This document shows positions 34,536 through 49,377 of a stretch of 64,000 bases of DNA, piece after piece. The notes below the pieces were generated by a model, which made no database searches, was not told the DNA's origin, and saw nothing but the letters and a program-made list of their open reading frames with translations. Position 1 is the first letter of the stretch. Every line of letters starts with the position of its first letter. This DNA comes from Podarcis filfolensis (Eukaryota). The position numbers were made by a program, and so were the translations under genes. The DNA is taken from the NCBI GenBank assembly GCA_964270895.1, contig OZ185444.1; one strand, given 5' to 3'.

Positions 34536-35957
34536 TACAACGATGACAATTACACTTAGAACTGGAATTAGAACATTATATGCAGCACAGCAAACAACCT
34601 AATAACTGCACCAGTAGCAGATGATGGAGTTGGGGGCGGCACTTAGCTGGGAGGAGTAAGGTGGCAGGGACATTGGCGTTGTGCAGACACACTGACAGGA
34701 ATGCCATATTGGCTCCACCAATGCCTTTGCACAGCATGGACCTTCCTACTGCCTTGCTTTCCTTCCTATAAGCAGCAGTGATGCTGTCGGATAAGCATTG
34801 CCACCCGACTCTACTGTCTGCTACTGAACTCCATGGCATTCTGGTGTCCAGCATGGCTCTCATTATCCCTCAAAAGCATGGGTAAATAAAAGCACCTTTA
34901 GCTGGTGTCAAAAGGTTACCAATGATTGAGATGAGAGGGAGTTCCACAGTTGTCATGGCAGGGTAGGAAGCACATCCAAAGAAATCCAGGATCCATTTGT
35001 TTCTTTATGAAACAAAAAGTGAGTATTTTTTTCTCCCTAGTAAGATGACAGACTAGGCACTTAGCAAACGTGGTACAGCAATATGCCATGGAACTCATGC
35101 ATATTGCATGAGGCATTAACTTTATGTAAATTTACCTAAAGTATCGTGTTCTTTTGGGAGGTTTTACATACATTTCTGTCTTTTTTTAAAAAAAAACAAC
35201 CCTCCACTTTTAAAATAATTGTTTCAAATGTCTTTAATATAATTCCAAATAATGATGATTGGTAAAATCTAAATTTATTTTACATTAGGAATCTTAATTT
35301 AAAATGCAAGCTACAACACCTGCATTCAGAAGTATTTTCTAATCAAATGCTAGTAATAACCAGGCAATAGGAAACTTTTTTTTTAAAGAAGATGATTAAA
35401 TCCTTTTTATAATTCCGCACACTAGATAGATACAACATATGAAAACAGCAAAGCTATGCAGGGCATGGAATGGAAGCTTCTTTTTGCCTATTTAATTCTG
35501 CTGATTACATTCATTGTCATCAAACAACCATAAATCATTTCCTAGTATTCAAACAATTGTCACAAAGAGGTCCCTGTCAACTCAGTGAATTTGTTTTGCA
35601 TGATATAAAAGAAAACAGGAGAACTTGGCCAGAATGAATGGGCTGTATGAAGGATTGTTGTGAAGTTTGATTATGTGCTTCCCATTAAAGTAACAATGAA
35701 AACCCCATATCAGATGTTTTAAAACTGCATTTGTGGATGGGGATATGCCATCATGTGTGCTGACAGCCTCAAATACCCCTGCCTTTCCTACAGGGAAGGT
35801 TTCGGGGGGGATTGCAAGCCTTTTTGGCCAAACATGGTTTCAATTCTCACAACTGGGCACCCTGATCACAGGGAGAATTGTAACCACGTCCTCTTTAGTG
35901 ATACAATGTAATAATGCCTGAACAGGGCTAAAGTCTTATACAGAAGTCCTAACCATG

Positions 35958-36296
35958 AGAGTCCCATGGACTGCAAGAAGATCAAACCTAGCCATTCTTA
36001 AGGAAATCAGCCCCGAGTGCTCACTGGAAGGACAGATTGTGAAGCTGAGGCTCCAGTACTTCGGCCACCTCATGAGAAGAGAAGACTCCCTGGAAAAGTC
36101 CCTTATGCTGGGAAAGATGGAGGGCACAAGGAGAAGGGGACGGCAGAGGACGAGATGGTTGGACAGTGTTCTCGAAGCTACCAGCATGAGTTTGACCAAA
36201 CTGCGGGAGGTAGTGGAAGACAGAAGTGCCTGGCGTGCTCTGGTCCATGGGGTCACGAAGAGTCGGACACGACTAAACGACTAAACAACAACAACA
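35958..36296 (+). mobile_element. BovB (RTE) LINE 3' fragment
   Basis: RVPWTARRSNL...GRQRTRWLDSV...WRALVHGVTKSRTRLND*; (AAC)n tail; 7-bp TSD AACCATG (35951-35957, 36297-36303). Confidence 0.95.
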
Positions 36297-38309
36297 AACC
36301 ATGTTTACTCCTACAGAATTCAATGAGGCTTACTCCCATGAAAATGGAGTTAGAATTGCTGCTGAGTACACTATTACATGAGTGTAATACTTTGATCTGC
36401 CCTCTTGAGGGCTGACCAAGCATGACATGGGAGATCCCTCAGAAGGAAATAATGCAAAAGATTACCAATTGCTTTTTTAACCTGGTAAAATTTTGAAAGA
36501 GTTTGCAGTGCTCCAGGGGATGAGGATTGTGACCTGATTTGGGAGTGGGACAGGGAAAGCCTGCTGTTTTTAGAAAATAATCCTTTCATCTACCTAAAAG
36601 TACACTTGCAAAATTTGCACTTATATTTTACAACCAAATGACTGCTTTTAGAAGTGAGCAGTTTAGTCACTGTATAATAGGCAGGACATTTTGACTGGTT
36701 TAAGGCCACCGAGACTTTGACTAAACGTACCTTTAGTCAAAGTCTCCCCAGCCCCACTTCACAGGGATTTACACTAAAGAAGCCAGGCATGTGTGGTAGC
36801 ACTATAACTAATAAAATATGTCTAAGTGGCAGATTGAATCGTATGGAAACGGGGAAATCTTCACATATCACATTTGTTCAATTTGACAGTGATTTCTTGT
36901 GTTTTCTCCATGTCCCTCTTACAGGTTTCCACTGTGGATTCTGAGGTACATTTTACTGCTGGATTTCCTGTTTAAATTTAAATGCCACATTGCAAGTCAG
37001 TATTGGGGAAGTATCGTCATTTTAATACCATAGAAGAGCACACATGCAATGGATGAAAACAAGCTGGCTGTTTTTCTTCTTCTTCTTCTTTCTCAAATCT
37101 GTTTCGCACCCTTTTCAGAGATAATCAGAAACAGAAGATTTTGAATAGTTTCCTTGTAATACATTTGGTATCTTGTTAGCTGTTTGTTCTGGGAATGTAG
37201 AAAGATTGCTATTCAAACTATCTTAATTGGAATGCAGTCCATTCAAGTTTGCGTAGCAATATTTCATTTGTTTGGGGAACCACATCACCATCCTCTAACT
37301 ACTCAGATACACCACTTTTTCCAAGTTAAAGTTCCTTTTTCACCTCCTTCCATTCACTTGTAAAATGCTCCTGACATTAGAATCAGAAACTGTGTCTGTA
37401 GGTAGCAACTGCTCTTCAGTCATTCCAGGAGATCAAGACCACTTCTTCTGGGCACCATTATCCAATAATTAAGCTTCCTGAGGTTGGTGTCTAGCCTGGA
37501 CTTATTGAAAGGGCACTAAATACTTGCTGCCTCAGGTCGGTCTTCAATCCATGATGTATTAGTTAACAGTTTGCCACAGGTCTCAGCTTGCTTTTTCCTC
37601 AGCGGCTCTTAGTATTTCTCCATTGTTTTCAGTAGCTGCCTACATGTATGGATTCTTGTCCTGCACTATGAACTGCTTATATGGATATTTTCTCCTTTGG
37701 TCATTGCATAAACCAGGAGTCACCAATCTTTTCAGGCCCACGGGCATATTTGAAAACCCGAGAAACTGTTGTCGGCACTACCCACAAGCTATTACCAAGC
37801 ATGTGGCTACTATAGAGTGCTTCTTTTAAATATAATTTCAGCAGGTGTTGGGGCTGAGGCTGGGGTTACAGAGAGAGGCGGGGGAAGGACCCTGCTGGTA
37901 CCACGGAAGGTCTCTGTTGGTATCTGTGTGCATTGTCAAACTTCTGATAAATCATGACAGGGTGAATACCTAGATGCCAGTTATGAGTTCAAACTTGACT
38001 ATATTCCATGGTTGACAAGATCTTTAAGTCTGAAAGGGCAATTAGGAGAAGAACCATATCCTTCATGATGGTCCACCACCACCAATAAGCAGGGGATCAG
38101 GGCACCACCCCTAGCCAAACCTTGCCACTGTTGCCCTCTGAACCTTGTGTTTGAACTTAGGCTTTTCATGTTGGCCTGAACTGTGATGTCCCCACTCTGT
38201 GTTGCCTGGACAATGAAGAGAGAGTGCTGTCTCTTTCAGTAATCCAGTTTAGTAATCCAGTTGACACTGAATTACAGGCTTAACTTTCTTAATTCAGTGC
38301 TGTGAAGCA

Positions 38310-38432
38310 TCCTGGTGAAACCCCCAGATGTTGCTGGACTTCATTTCTTACAATCCCTAACCATTGGCCATGCTGGCTGGGACAAATGGGAACTGGAGTC
38401 CAGCAACTTCTGGAGGGCCACTGGTTTTCCTC
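38310..38432. mobile_element. Degenerate palindromic hAT-type MITE
   Basis: CCCCAGATGTTGCTGGACT...AACCATTGGCCATGCTGGCTGGGAC...AGTCCAGCAACTTCTGGAGGG; same family as 9930 and 25118. More decayed copies lie near 10140-10260, 14195-14330, 43250-43385 and 47810-47935. Confidence 0.65.
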
Positions 38433-40169
38433 CACCAATCTACAGTACACTCAGAAACCTATTATCGTTACATTAGGCATTTAGTATTTTCCCTGCCGGT
38501 AGTTCTGCAGGACAGGAAGGAAGCAACAAAAATCAATCTTTCACACTGCCTTTTCTTAACTTCCAAGAAATCTGCTTAACTCTACCTTTGTCAATATATG
38601 TTCAGTAGAGCTTCAAATTGCAATTGGTCAGCAACAGATAAAAGACTGATCTATAGGAAAACTGGTGAGCAGATATAATTTACTGGGATATAATTCAGCA
38701 GCCAACTTCAATGAGGAAAAGACTGAGCACTTAGGTTGTTAATGAACCTCAATAACTCCCCCCCCCCCCATTTTTTTACTGGGTCTGAAGACAATAGTTC
38801 TTGTGAAAAGGGAGTTTGATTAGTACCGATTAGGAAAAAGGGAGAAGGGCTTCAAGAATAAAGAACAGAACGCTATTTGTTGAAAATGAAACAGATCGTT
38901 TGACCAATACAGTCTTTCAAATATTGTAGTCTATGAACTAAAATACATGAAATTATTGTTTTCATTATTTTCTTGCACTGAAACCATAACATATTTAGTA
39001 GATCAATTTGCTTTTAAATGTTTCCTTTCAGATTATTGCTTATTTTAAATGCAAAAACTAATAAGATTTTCTCTTGAAAAGGACATGATTGAGTATTTAG
39101 CAAAAATCTTCCTGATGACTTAGCTCTTTTGAATTCTCTCTCTCTCTTCCCATACTGGCCAGCTTTAGCAGAATCTAATTAGAGCTGCTTGCTATTAATT
39201 CAAATTAAGCTTAGTCTTGATTTCATTCTCCTCCAGAAAATTTCCTTTTCTGGATTTTTTACCACCCCCCCTCTAAAAATTCAATAATTATTGGTTCCAT
39301 GAATAAACATGAATAAATTGGAGCACATTGCCCTTTTGAATGCACCAATGTCTAATTCAGTTCTGCTTCAAATGTTGTTCTTTTAAATAATTTAGTCAGT
39401 AGTTTGCAGAGTTAGTGGGATTTATTCATAAGATCTAAGCTTTGCGACCACTATTGCTAAAATATGTGGGGTACTTGGGTTTGGGACTGTTTATGTCCAT
39501 GTGGAATTGTATCTAAATGCAAACCAGTTCATTGTCTATTACTGAAAAGCAATTAAACGGAAGATAAACAAGTTGATTCCCTTTACGCCAAAACAAACAA
39601 ACACAATACCCCATTTCGTTTGAAATCCTTTTTTCCCCACCAATGCTCAGAATATCAGGACAGGATAATGTTAGTTTTTCCTCCCTGGTTCTTCAGTTTT
39701 CAAGGAAAAAAGAGAGGAAGACATTTGCTTAATAAGTTCATTCCTAAATTTTGAAGCCCGTTAGCACACCAATGTTTCACCAATGTTTCAAGTGGGCCTT
39801 GAGCCTGAAAGTACTGGGTGGACAGTTAAACCGTCAGCCAGTTCTAAGGTCTGCCATGGAAGTATTAGCTAGGCTTGCAGCAATGAAGCCTCTTAACAGT
39901 GATAGGTCACAGAAGAAAATATATTTCTGTCTGAACTCTATAGATAGAGGCTTCTAGGTCAGGCCTGCTCACTGGTCTGAGTCTTTTGCTGCTGTTTCCT
40001 GTAAAATGCTGTCACCTTCTAATTTATCCCCACTCTCATTTTGTCTTGCTTGCTTCTTCTTGTCTTGCTTGATAGATCTTATTCTGACTGCTGTTCTGTT
40101 GAAGACTGGTAGCCACAAGATGTAAATATAATTTAAGATGATGCGGACCTCACAAGCAAATCATTAATA

Positions 40170-40171
<2 letters not shown>

Positions 40172-40205
<34 letters not shown>
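40172..40205. repeat. (GT)n microsatellite
   Basis: Direct reading. Confidence 0.98.
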
Positions 40206-40207
<2 letters not shown>

Positions 40208-40254
40208 AGACAGCCATTAAATGTCCCAAATAAGTACAACATCACAACACCAGA

Positions 40255-40335
40255 GCTTTACACAGAGTAGACCCACTGAAATAAATTGAGCTTAGTCATA
40301 TTCATTAATTTTAATGGGTCTACTCAGAGTAAAAC
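40255..40335. mobile_element. Short palindromic MITE-like element
   Basis: Arms GAGTAGACCCA (40265-40275) / TGGGTCTACTC (40315-40325); the same family hosts the L1 at 27213. Confidence 0.6.
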
Positions 40336-43107
40336 TTAGTGGAATGCTCCCCAAGAACTTGAAATAGCCATTTTATCAAATAAAAAACTAGGGATATTTG
40401 TATAGCAACTTTGAAACCTTTTGATCTGAAAGTTGACAAAAATATCTTGATCTATGAAGAAACCAGCATATGCACAGCTGGGCAGCTGGCTATCTGACTT
40501 GTAGCCAACATTTGATTCTTACTGTTGGTATCTGTTAGTAAATGGGAGTGGGGGAGCCTGTAAGCCCTTATGTCTGCATCCAGTGGGAATCAGATGATCT
40601 GCATGACAGGATTTGAGCCCCAAATAAAATTAATCGCCACAAAGGTACATTGTACTAGAGCTTGGCAATGCCAAGTCCAGTGAAGAACGCAGAGGCACTT
40701 CAACCTAGCAGCTCATCGCATGGTGGAAACATTGCTGTGCATGTATTGTATTACTTGATATTGCAATGGTGGTTGTGGTAGGTTTACATGATTAAAAACA
40801 AAACAAAATCGAGAGCACTTTGTTAAAAGCTGAGGATGATGCTTGCACTCAACAAATCAGCCACTGCTGATTTAGCCAAATCATTTTGAAAAGACGGCTT
40901 TAAACTTATGTCATAGCATTCTTCTACTAGTCATTTAATCATACTTCATGTGCGTAGCATATTTTAAAAGTTACTATAGCAGTGAACCCCTAAGTCTTCC
41001 CCACAGACCACTAAAGCATCAGAGGAGAAATTCCATGCGACAATCTTAATAGGCATAATATCCCATAATTCTTACATTATAGTCAAATGTTTAGAGATAT
41101 CCATCTTGATGTGGCCAAGGAGCTGTGGAAAACAATAGTACCACTAATATACGATGCTTGATGTGCTATTCATACATCAGAAAACCCACTTTAACTCGAA
41201 CCACCTTGATTTATTTCCCTTGAATTATTTGAAAAAATCTTTAAGGGAAACAATGATTGGATTTATTGATTGGACATGTAAATGTGAAAGGACACTTGCT
41301 TTTACAAAAATAGCATCTTGCTAATCAGGGAATTCTGGGGTGAAACACCAAGAATATATATATGCATGCATGCTAAAGCTGGATATGAAAACTTACTTAT
41401 TTAAAAATACTGCCAGACAGGAAGATTCAAGGGTAATTGCTATAACTGACTACCATGCTATTCAGAAACAAGATAAAACTAGCTATCTAAAAGAGATACT
41501 TAGTGCAGTCTTTCAGCCATTGTGGAAGTCAGACCTTTGGCTGACCCTGTGCACCAACTCATACTCTAATCACTGAGAAGAGCACTACCCTTTGCTGCAA
41601 TATCTATTCCCAGCATTCCCTTGGAAGAGGGATTTCTAAAGTAAATCAATTCGTCCACTGTTTGGTTAGATTAATTAAGGAGCTTGTGGCTTGGTAGAAA
41701 CACTCATCTAGTGACAGATCAGCTGTTTCTTCTGCCCTTTCTCCCTTTTTCCAAATTCCAGAGGCAACAGCAAGAGTCTTATCCCAACCCTATAGACTAG
41801 GCTCTTATTTGCAACAATGGCCAGGCATTTTCATATGCCTTACATAAAATAAGTTGCCTTCTTTTCTCTTTCTTCCTTTTAAATCAGAGATTTTCAGTAT
41901 CATTTATAACGACACCTGTTAAATAATTGCTAAAATTAAAAATGGATTCAGGTTAGCAGAGGCCCCATTTTTATCAAAGGAGATTCTGGATCTCCTAGTA
42001 TAGCATAATGTTGATGTAAAAGAAATATAAATGATGTACATTAATCATGCAAATAGCTCTGAGCTTCATTAAATAAACATTGTGGCTAGAGATGCAAGTA
42101 ATATTTTAATGTAGCTCCTGCCTTTTTTTCTCAGAAGTCACTACAATTTTCCTTGTTGTTTTTCACCCTCCTGTCTCTTATACTTCAGTTGCCAAATATC
42201 CAAAGGGACTTCAGCACAGCACTTTTCTTGACACAACTGAGATTAATCATTATGTGCAAAGCCTATTGCAAAAGGGTCTTGCACTCCAGAGATAAAAACA
42301 TGAAGAACGCCTTCTCCAGAACCTCTTTATGTCCTACTTAACCTCTTCCAAGAGGTTCCCTGAAAGTCAAACAATGGCCCCCCTCCAGCCCTTACAGGAA
42401 GTTAATTCATCATCGTTTTGATCATTATTAAAAGCCTGCTGCTCATCTACCTTGTCCATTTTCCCCTGCGTTTTAGATTTCATCACTCTCTAAATTCTTG
42501 GAATTATATCAGTGTTATATATAAATGTTTAACCTACCCCAGGGAAGGAGAGCTCTCCAAGTATTCAGGGAATCTATTTCCATTGACTACCTGGAAATAT
42601 AGTCCTTGCCCAATGAGTAGGTAGGGCTGGTCCCTAGATATTTTGCTGCCTCACTCACCCCAAGTCAAGATGCCTGACTTAAAAAAACAAAAACCAAGCA
42701 CTGAGAGCACACTGGAGCTGCAGTGAACAGCAGTGCAAACACACCCTTAGTTACAGCTAATGGTTAGGGTGGAGACAGCTAAATGAAATTCAGATAACAT
42801 GCTAAGCCAAATTATGGTTTAGCTCACTGTGGTGCAGCAGCAAAAAGACAGGGGAAGAGCAAAGCAGCTGTGATCTCTCTCAGAGCCCACATGCTCACAT
42901 GTTTATGCTAAACTATGGTTTGGATTAGCTTGATGTTCATGCCAGGTCACTGTCAAGACCACCAGAGGTTCAGACAAGGTATGGCATAATATACTATTAA
43001 ATCATACCCATCAGCAGCTCATTCCAAAACATCTCACATCTATATGGACTGAAAAGGTGATGTTCAAAAGCAAGTTAAATCCTTTTCTTTTTTTTAGCAG
43101 TGATGGG

Positions 43108-43255
43108 CAGGGCTCTTTTCAGGGGGAACTCACCAGAACTCACACCTCTCAGGTGAGTCCCAGCACCTCTCAGGTGGGCGTCTTTGCTGTTCTAAGAGAA
43201 AGAGGGAGGCATTCATAGTGAATTCCTGCACCTCTTTTTATAGAAAAATAGCATG
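43108..43255. mobile_element. hAT-type MITE
   Basis: CAGGGCTCTTTTC...AAAAATAGCATG imperfect termini; internal GCACCTCT repeats. Confidence 0.5.
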
Positions 43256-44554
43256 AGGGGAACCTGTGGCCCTCCACATATTGCTGGACTCCACCTTCCA
43301 TCATTCTGTAACCGCTGAGGTCTGCTGCCTAGGGATGATAGGAGTTGGAGTACAACAACTTTTGAAGAGCCACAGGTTTGCCATCCCTATTTTATAGCAA
43401 AAAGGAATATAATGAAAGTTGGCAAACTGCTTATCAGCAGGAAAAACAACAACTGTTCACACACGCTTGGTTGTTATTGTACTCCATGTTGCTCAGCATT
43501 CATGGGGATAAATGACCTAACCATCTTCTAATCAGGGAAGTCGCATGTTTCTGATAATGTACTGTAATCTGCACTTCAGAAAACTTGATTTGAAACACAG
43601 TGTTGCAATTTTGCAAAGAAATTATTCGGCAATGCAGGAAATAATCACTTTAGCATAACCAGCAGATGTTTCTCCTCTCAGTTGTACTGTACAACAGAAG
43701 ATGCAATAAAATAAAATAAAATTGAGGAACAAATGAATTTTCCTTTTGGTCATACTCTTAATCATAATCAATAAAATATTGGAACAATAGTAATACAGCT
43801 CTTCCCCTTGGAGATTTGAGCTGTTAATATCAATACAACAGTCCTGTGAGTTTATCCCAGAATATGTTCCTGGAAACATTTATAAAAAAAATACAGCTTC
43901 AATCAAGACAGTAATGGTATAAACAGGGCAAAGGAAATAGCAGCATTGCAACAGATGCTATTGATTAGATGCCTTAGGGAATATTCCACTTATTTATTTT
44001 AGGTCTAGTCAATGTAAATCAAAAGGCTGTGATGTTGTCAGTGAATACATATCACGAGCAATGTAATCCACTGTGACAGAGCTTACACTTTACTGACACT
44101 GCAGATCATGGCTTGGACATGGAGAAGTCATCTGTAGCAAACTCGGGCATTATAAACAGGGGGAGAACAACCCGATTTCAACCTCTGATTCATTGTGAAC
44201 TATGATACCATTTAAGCTGAAAACATAAGCTGATAGGGTTGCCTTTGGCTTACTGACTAACACATTTGAACTTGGTCCTCAATCATATTTGTGTGTGTGT
44301 TGGGAACTTAGCAGCTCATGTTATATCTGTACAGTAAATCTGCCAGTGCGGTGGTAAATCCTAGAAACAGCAGTGGACACCTAGAAAATACAAGGAACAG
44401 GTTTAAATATGGTTGGCTATCTTTCCAGAAACTGTTGACAACCTGTGACATAAAACTAAATAAAAGCTAGAGAATGATCAAGAATGGGAAGCAGATTCAG
44501 GAGGCTAATGAATGGGCACATCTGCAAGTGAGCTTTCAATGTTTCCATTGTATA

Positions 44555-44898
44555 AAGGTAAAGGGACCCCTGACCATTAGGTCCAGTTGCGGACAACTCT
44601 GGGGTTGCGGCACTCATCTCGCTTTACTGGCCAAGGGAGCTGGTGTATAGCTTATGGGTCATGTGGCCAGCATGACTAAGCCACTTCTGGCAAACCAGAG
44701 CAGCACACGGAAACACTGTTTACCTTCCCACCGGAGCGGTACCTATTTATCTACTTGCACTGGTGTGCTTTCAAACTGCTAGGTTGGCAGGAGCAGGGAC
44801 CGAACAACAGGAGCTCACCCCATTGCGGGGATTCAAACCACTGACCTGATGATCGGCAAGCCCTAGGCTCTGTGGTTTAGACCACAGCACCACCCGTG
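44555..44898 (-). mobile_element. Sauria SINE, full length
   Basis: Reverse complement of the Sauria consensus features; TSD TTTCCATTGTATA (44542-44554) / TTTCCATTCTATA (44899-44911). Confidence 0.95.
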
Positions 44899-44983
44899 TT
44901 TCCATTCTATACTATAGTGCTAAACCCCAAACTATCCACAGAATGGGGAATCCAGAGAATGATATCACCCCCTGAGTGGGAAA

Positions 44984-45128
44984 GGCTAGAGCTCAGTGGT
45001 AGTACACATACATGTGGAAGCCCCCAGGATCAATAGCAGGAGTGCTGGGGAAGACCCCTGTCCAGTAATGCTGCTGTCAATCACTGTAAACAATACCAAA
45101 CTAGAAGGGCCCATATATGGGGCAATTT
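44984..45128 (+). mobile_element. Older tRNA-derived SINE, very degenerate
   Basis: AGCTCAGTGGTAG head...GCTGCTGTCAATCACTGTAAACAATAC...CTAGAAGGGCC. Confidence 0.5.
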
Positions 45129-45217
45129 TATTGTTTGCAACCATTGAATTGTTTGCATCTCGGTCTGTACTATCTACCAGTTGTTTAGTGGTGCAGGTGC
45201 TCTTGAAGACATGAAGC

Positions 45218-45220
<3 letters not shown>

Positions 45221-45259
<39 letters not shown>

Positions 45260-45264
45260 TCTCT
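45221..45264. repeat. (CT)n microsatellite
   Basis: Direct reading; explains the RERERE and SLSLSL ORFs. Confidence 0.98.
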
Positions 45265-48200
45265 GATACACTTCCTAAATGGCATCCTGGTGAGCTGGAT
45301 CCCAGAGTTGTCCTCACTGTTTGCAGTGGAAGACCACTGCAGTGCAAAACACATGTACAATGTGATAGTTAGGAACTGATTGTCCTGACAGAGTTCCTAA
45401 GATTTTCTACCTGCCCAAGAAAACAGCCACTGATATATGGATGAGGCCAAGAGCATTATTATATTGGTAATTGTCCTCCCAGTTAAACAAACTCGATACC
45501 TTCTATATCAAATGCAGTAAGGATGTTGAATTCTGTAATTATGGATACATGCATTTCCAAGCCAAAGTCTCTTGTGTTGAAATTCCTAGTTCAGCCATAC
45601 CTAATAATGAAATGTATTATCAGCCAGTAATGTGTCTGCGTAGTCTTTGCTTCTCTGATTGGCAGCATTCAAATGGACAGGCTGCCAAAGGCAGGAACCA
45701 GCCAGTCTTGGTGCATGCTAAGAAGCTACTTACTTTACAGTGAAATCCTGGGTAAATAGGGACAGGATTGCACTCTTAACCCCTTACTTAAATGAGGTTG
45801 CAATTCTCATTTTAGTAAGAGGTTACATAAAATGAAGTTGCAATTTTATGATATTTGGGATGTTTGAATCAAAGCTGGAAGCTGCTGTTGAGCTGAAGGT
45901 GGTTACTTTAAAGTTGTTAGTAAGTGACACGAAATTCACCTTGTTTGCTGAAACTGATCAAAAGTGAGGGATCCCATTTTTAAAAATTATTGCTGGGGTA
46001 CATTTGTATATTACTGCTGGCACAAAGCAGGAGCAGTCATGCTTCCTTTCCTACGTTGTATTTAGCTCAACAAAGAGTTCTTGAACTCGAAAGCCTGCAC
46101 TTTGTTATATTGCAGTAATGTTGTTACACAACTGTTGTCTTTCTTTTGATTTTTTCCCTAATGGACTAGCATGGCTACATGCACCGTAGAAAGAAGAAGG
46201 GGAATACAACATGCAGAACACTGCAGATAATGGATTCCTGATGACTTGAGACAGAGAAAATTCATTGTGAAGCATATATATGAAGGGCAGGGCATGTTAA
46301 ATGTAAATGTGACCTTTCCTTTGAAAAGCAAAGCAGCCCTTATTATGTTCCCTCCCTTTGAATGGGAAGGGCAGTACTGAATATCCTGCATGTACCTGGA
46401 CAAAAACAGAATAAAATAACTGTTTAATTTGCAAACTCAAACAAACCAAGGAAGACTTTTGTCAAGAGTTATCTGATGTTGGTTGCAATTCCAAACCAAG
46501 CAGGGAGAAGTGTGTGTCTCACTTGTTTTTATTTTTTTAAAAATGTAGACCTTTGAACCACATTACTTGCCTGCAGTATTGCCATAATGTTTTCATTTTG
46601 CCAGCTCTGAGGTAGATTTTGGGTAGTGATAACAAGACAGAAATGTCAGAATAAATACAATAAAAATCAGATGTTAGTGTGGTCATGAACATATATAGCA
46701 GTTCTTACAAACTCTAACTTGGGAGTGGAGCTGTTTTCCCTCTAAGTTAAGTGGAGATGTTTCCTGCCTTGAGGGCTGTATTCTGGGCAGCCCTCTGGGA
46801 GGTACATACAACTGATGTTTGGAGCCAAAGACAAAGGTGGGAAGAGCAATGAATGTGATTTTTTTTTTACCTTCATACAATAGGTGAATTTCTGTAGGCA
46901 CTTTACATGCACTAAACTGATGCATTAGAATGTGGATAAAAAGACTTTTGCTTGTTCCTTATAAAAAAAGCAACATCGCTTCAAAACACTGTAGAATGTA
47001 TTCATATATTCTTCAATCACATAATTTTTCCTCTTCACTGAAAGCTACATTTAATTGACAGTGAGCAATAAATCATGTGGAACATGGAGACCCAGTGTGC
47101 CACCACCTGGTGACAGAAATATACATTTTGGCTGAAGGTCGGAATCTGTAGAAAAACATTGTTTCCAGATCTTCAGTTGGTGTGCCTCCATGTATTTAAT
47201 GAAATTACTCTGATTTATAGCAGTAAGGATCTGGCTCAGCAATGGCATGAAAAGTCATTAGCTTACAAATCAAATTCAGAACATCCCAATGCTTTTAAAA
47301 AATGCCCCGCGTTCTTTTGCAACCCTGGGGGGGGGGGTCTGAAGATTTTTGAGCCTGCATACAAAGTAGGGAAACATGCAAGAAGGAAAAACAATGTACA
47401 AATGCCTCTGATTCATACAGAGAGCCTCCATGGCTAGATCAGCCACATGGTAGGATGTGGGAAGAACTCCAGCGAGACTGTGCACATTTCTGCATTAAAG
47501 ATGAACCTATTTTTGAACTGAGTTGCATCTGGACTGGCTCCACAAAACTGAATTATGTTCTTACTGGCTAGGCATTAAACCATAACCTACAATTTACATG
47601 TTCAGTGCCTAGGAGTTCTGTTTCCTTTGGTGAAGCAGTTTATTTTGCTACCACTATCACTCGCTTTTAGGAATTATCTTAAGCTGTTAAGCTTTTTGGA
47701 GACAGATATGTCCAAGACTGTCCCCTAAGGGATCACATCTGGGGCTTGAATCCCAGATTTGAAATCCTATAAATGACCCTTAGGGCTCTCTGGAATCCAT
47801 AAAGTATGCAGAGGGAATCTGTGGCCATCCCAAAGTTGTTGGACTGCAACTCCCATCAACCCTGACCATTGACCACATTGGCTGCGACTGATGGGAATTG
47901 ATGCCTGACATCTTGATGGCCACTGGTTTACCATCTTTGCTATAAATGTAGTGTGTAGATAGGTTAATGATGATTGCAGTTTAAATACACTCAGAGGCAT
48001 TCCAGTGTTGTGCTACATATCCAGCCTTTCTTTTTCTCATGTACGTTTCTTTTGAACTAATAGCCGTGATGGTTTCCAAAAACAACTGTGTTACAGAGTC
48101 CAGAGAAACCTATAAAGATTCTCTTGCAGCTGCTGAAGAATTGTTAGTCCTGTAGAGAACAATAGGTGGGGTATTTGGAATGTCGATAGGCTTTTTCCTG

Positions 48201-48707
48201 CTGTGTTTTTTTTTGTTTTAATTTCTCAGCTGTAAACTATTGATTTTAGAGAACTTTAAAAATGGAAATATATCAGAGCAAGCATTAAAATCAGATTTAA
48301 CTGTCTTGTGTTTAGTTTTTGTTTATAGACACAAAATGAGGCCACAGAAACGAGACAATTGCGTTGCTCTAGATATTGTGAAGGTCTAGAAGTATATAGT
48401 GAATGTTTACTAGTGAGGTTATTGTGGAAGGCTTAAAAAAAACCCAATTCTAGGGAACTGTTTCAACTAATGAACAATATTGGGCTGGTTTGATCTATGT
48501 GAGTTTATAACTGTCGTACCTGTACATTGCAGGTAGTGTTTTGTTACATGATCGTTGTATGTGTTGTCAAAGAGGATGGTGCCTTACTACTGAGCTCTCC
48601 TGAGCACTGTATTTTGGCAGTAAAATGCACTTTATTTAATTTACTTCTTGAAATTGTATCCTGCCTTTATTCTAATGAACTCAAGAAGTTCATTAGTACC
48701 ATAGCTT

Positions 48708-48895
48708 GGGGCCATAGTTTTTCTGCCATAGCTTGGTAGTAGAGTATCTGCCTTGCAATCAGAAAGTCTCAAGTTCAATCCCCCGGTGTCTCTAGCAAGA
48801 GTTGGAAGAGACTCCTGCCTGAAATCTTTGCAGTCCATGTAGACAGCACTGAGCTAGATGGGCCAAGGATCTGACTTGCTATAAAGAAGTTTCCT
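48708..48895 (+). mobile_element. Older tRNA-derived SINE
   Basis: CCATAGCTTGGTAGTAGAGTATCTGCC...AAGTTCAATCCCC...GACTCCTGCCTGAAA...GAGCTAGATGGGCC. Confidence 0.7.
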
Positions 48896-48978
48896 TGGTT
48901 CCTATTGATATTTCACAAAGAAGGAGGATGGAAGTGGACGCATCTTCTTCTGTATTTTTTTTTGGGGGGGTAGAAATT

Positions 48979-49023
<45 letters not shown>

Positions 49024-49377
49024 TTATTTATACTCTGCCCATCTGGCTGGGTTTCCCCAGCCACTCTGGGCAGCTCCCAACAGAATATTAAAAGCACAAT
49101 AAAACATCAAACATTAAAAACTTCCCTAAACAGGGCTGCCTTCAGATGTCTTCTAAAAGTCAGGTAGTTGTTTATTTCCTTGACATCTGATGGGAGGGCG
49201 TTCCACAGGGCAGGTGCCACTACTGAGAAGACCCTCTGCCTGGTTCCCTGTAACCTCACTTCTCTCAGTGAGGGAACCGCCAGAAGGCCCTGGGAGCTGG
49301 ACCTGAGTGTTCAGGCTGAACGATGGGGGTGAAGATGCTCCTTCAGGTATACTGGGCCAAGGCTGTTTAGGGCTTTA
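48979..49377 (-). mobile_element. L2 LINE 3' fragment with an (GTT)n tail [(AAC)n on the + strand, 48979-49021]
   Basis: TTTATTTATACTCTGCCCATCTGGCTGGG...GGGAGGGCGTTCCACAGGGCAGGTGCCACTACTGAGAAG; L2 reverse strand. Confidence 0.88.

Noticed and set aside
34576-34863. Possible old RTE-like remnant (WSSVADSRVGWQ); similar hint near 45270-45360
   Set aside because: The similarity is limited to a few residues, too weak to call without a profile search.
45471-45743. 90-aa ORF and other acceptor-led short frames (42189, 46395, 48064, 49917, 22478)
   Set aside because: Each has a stop or lacks a good donor, and none gives a recognisable peptide; expected by chance in AT-rich DNA.
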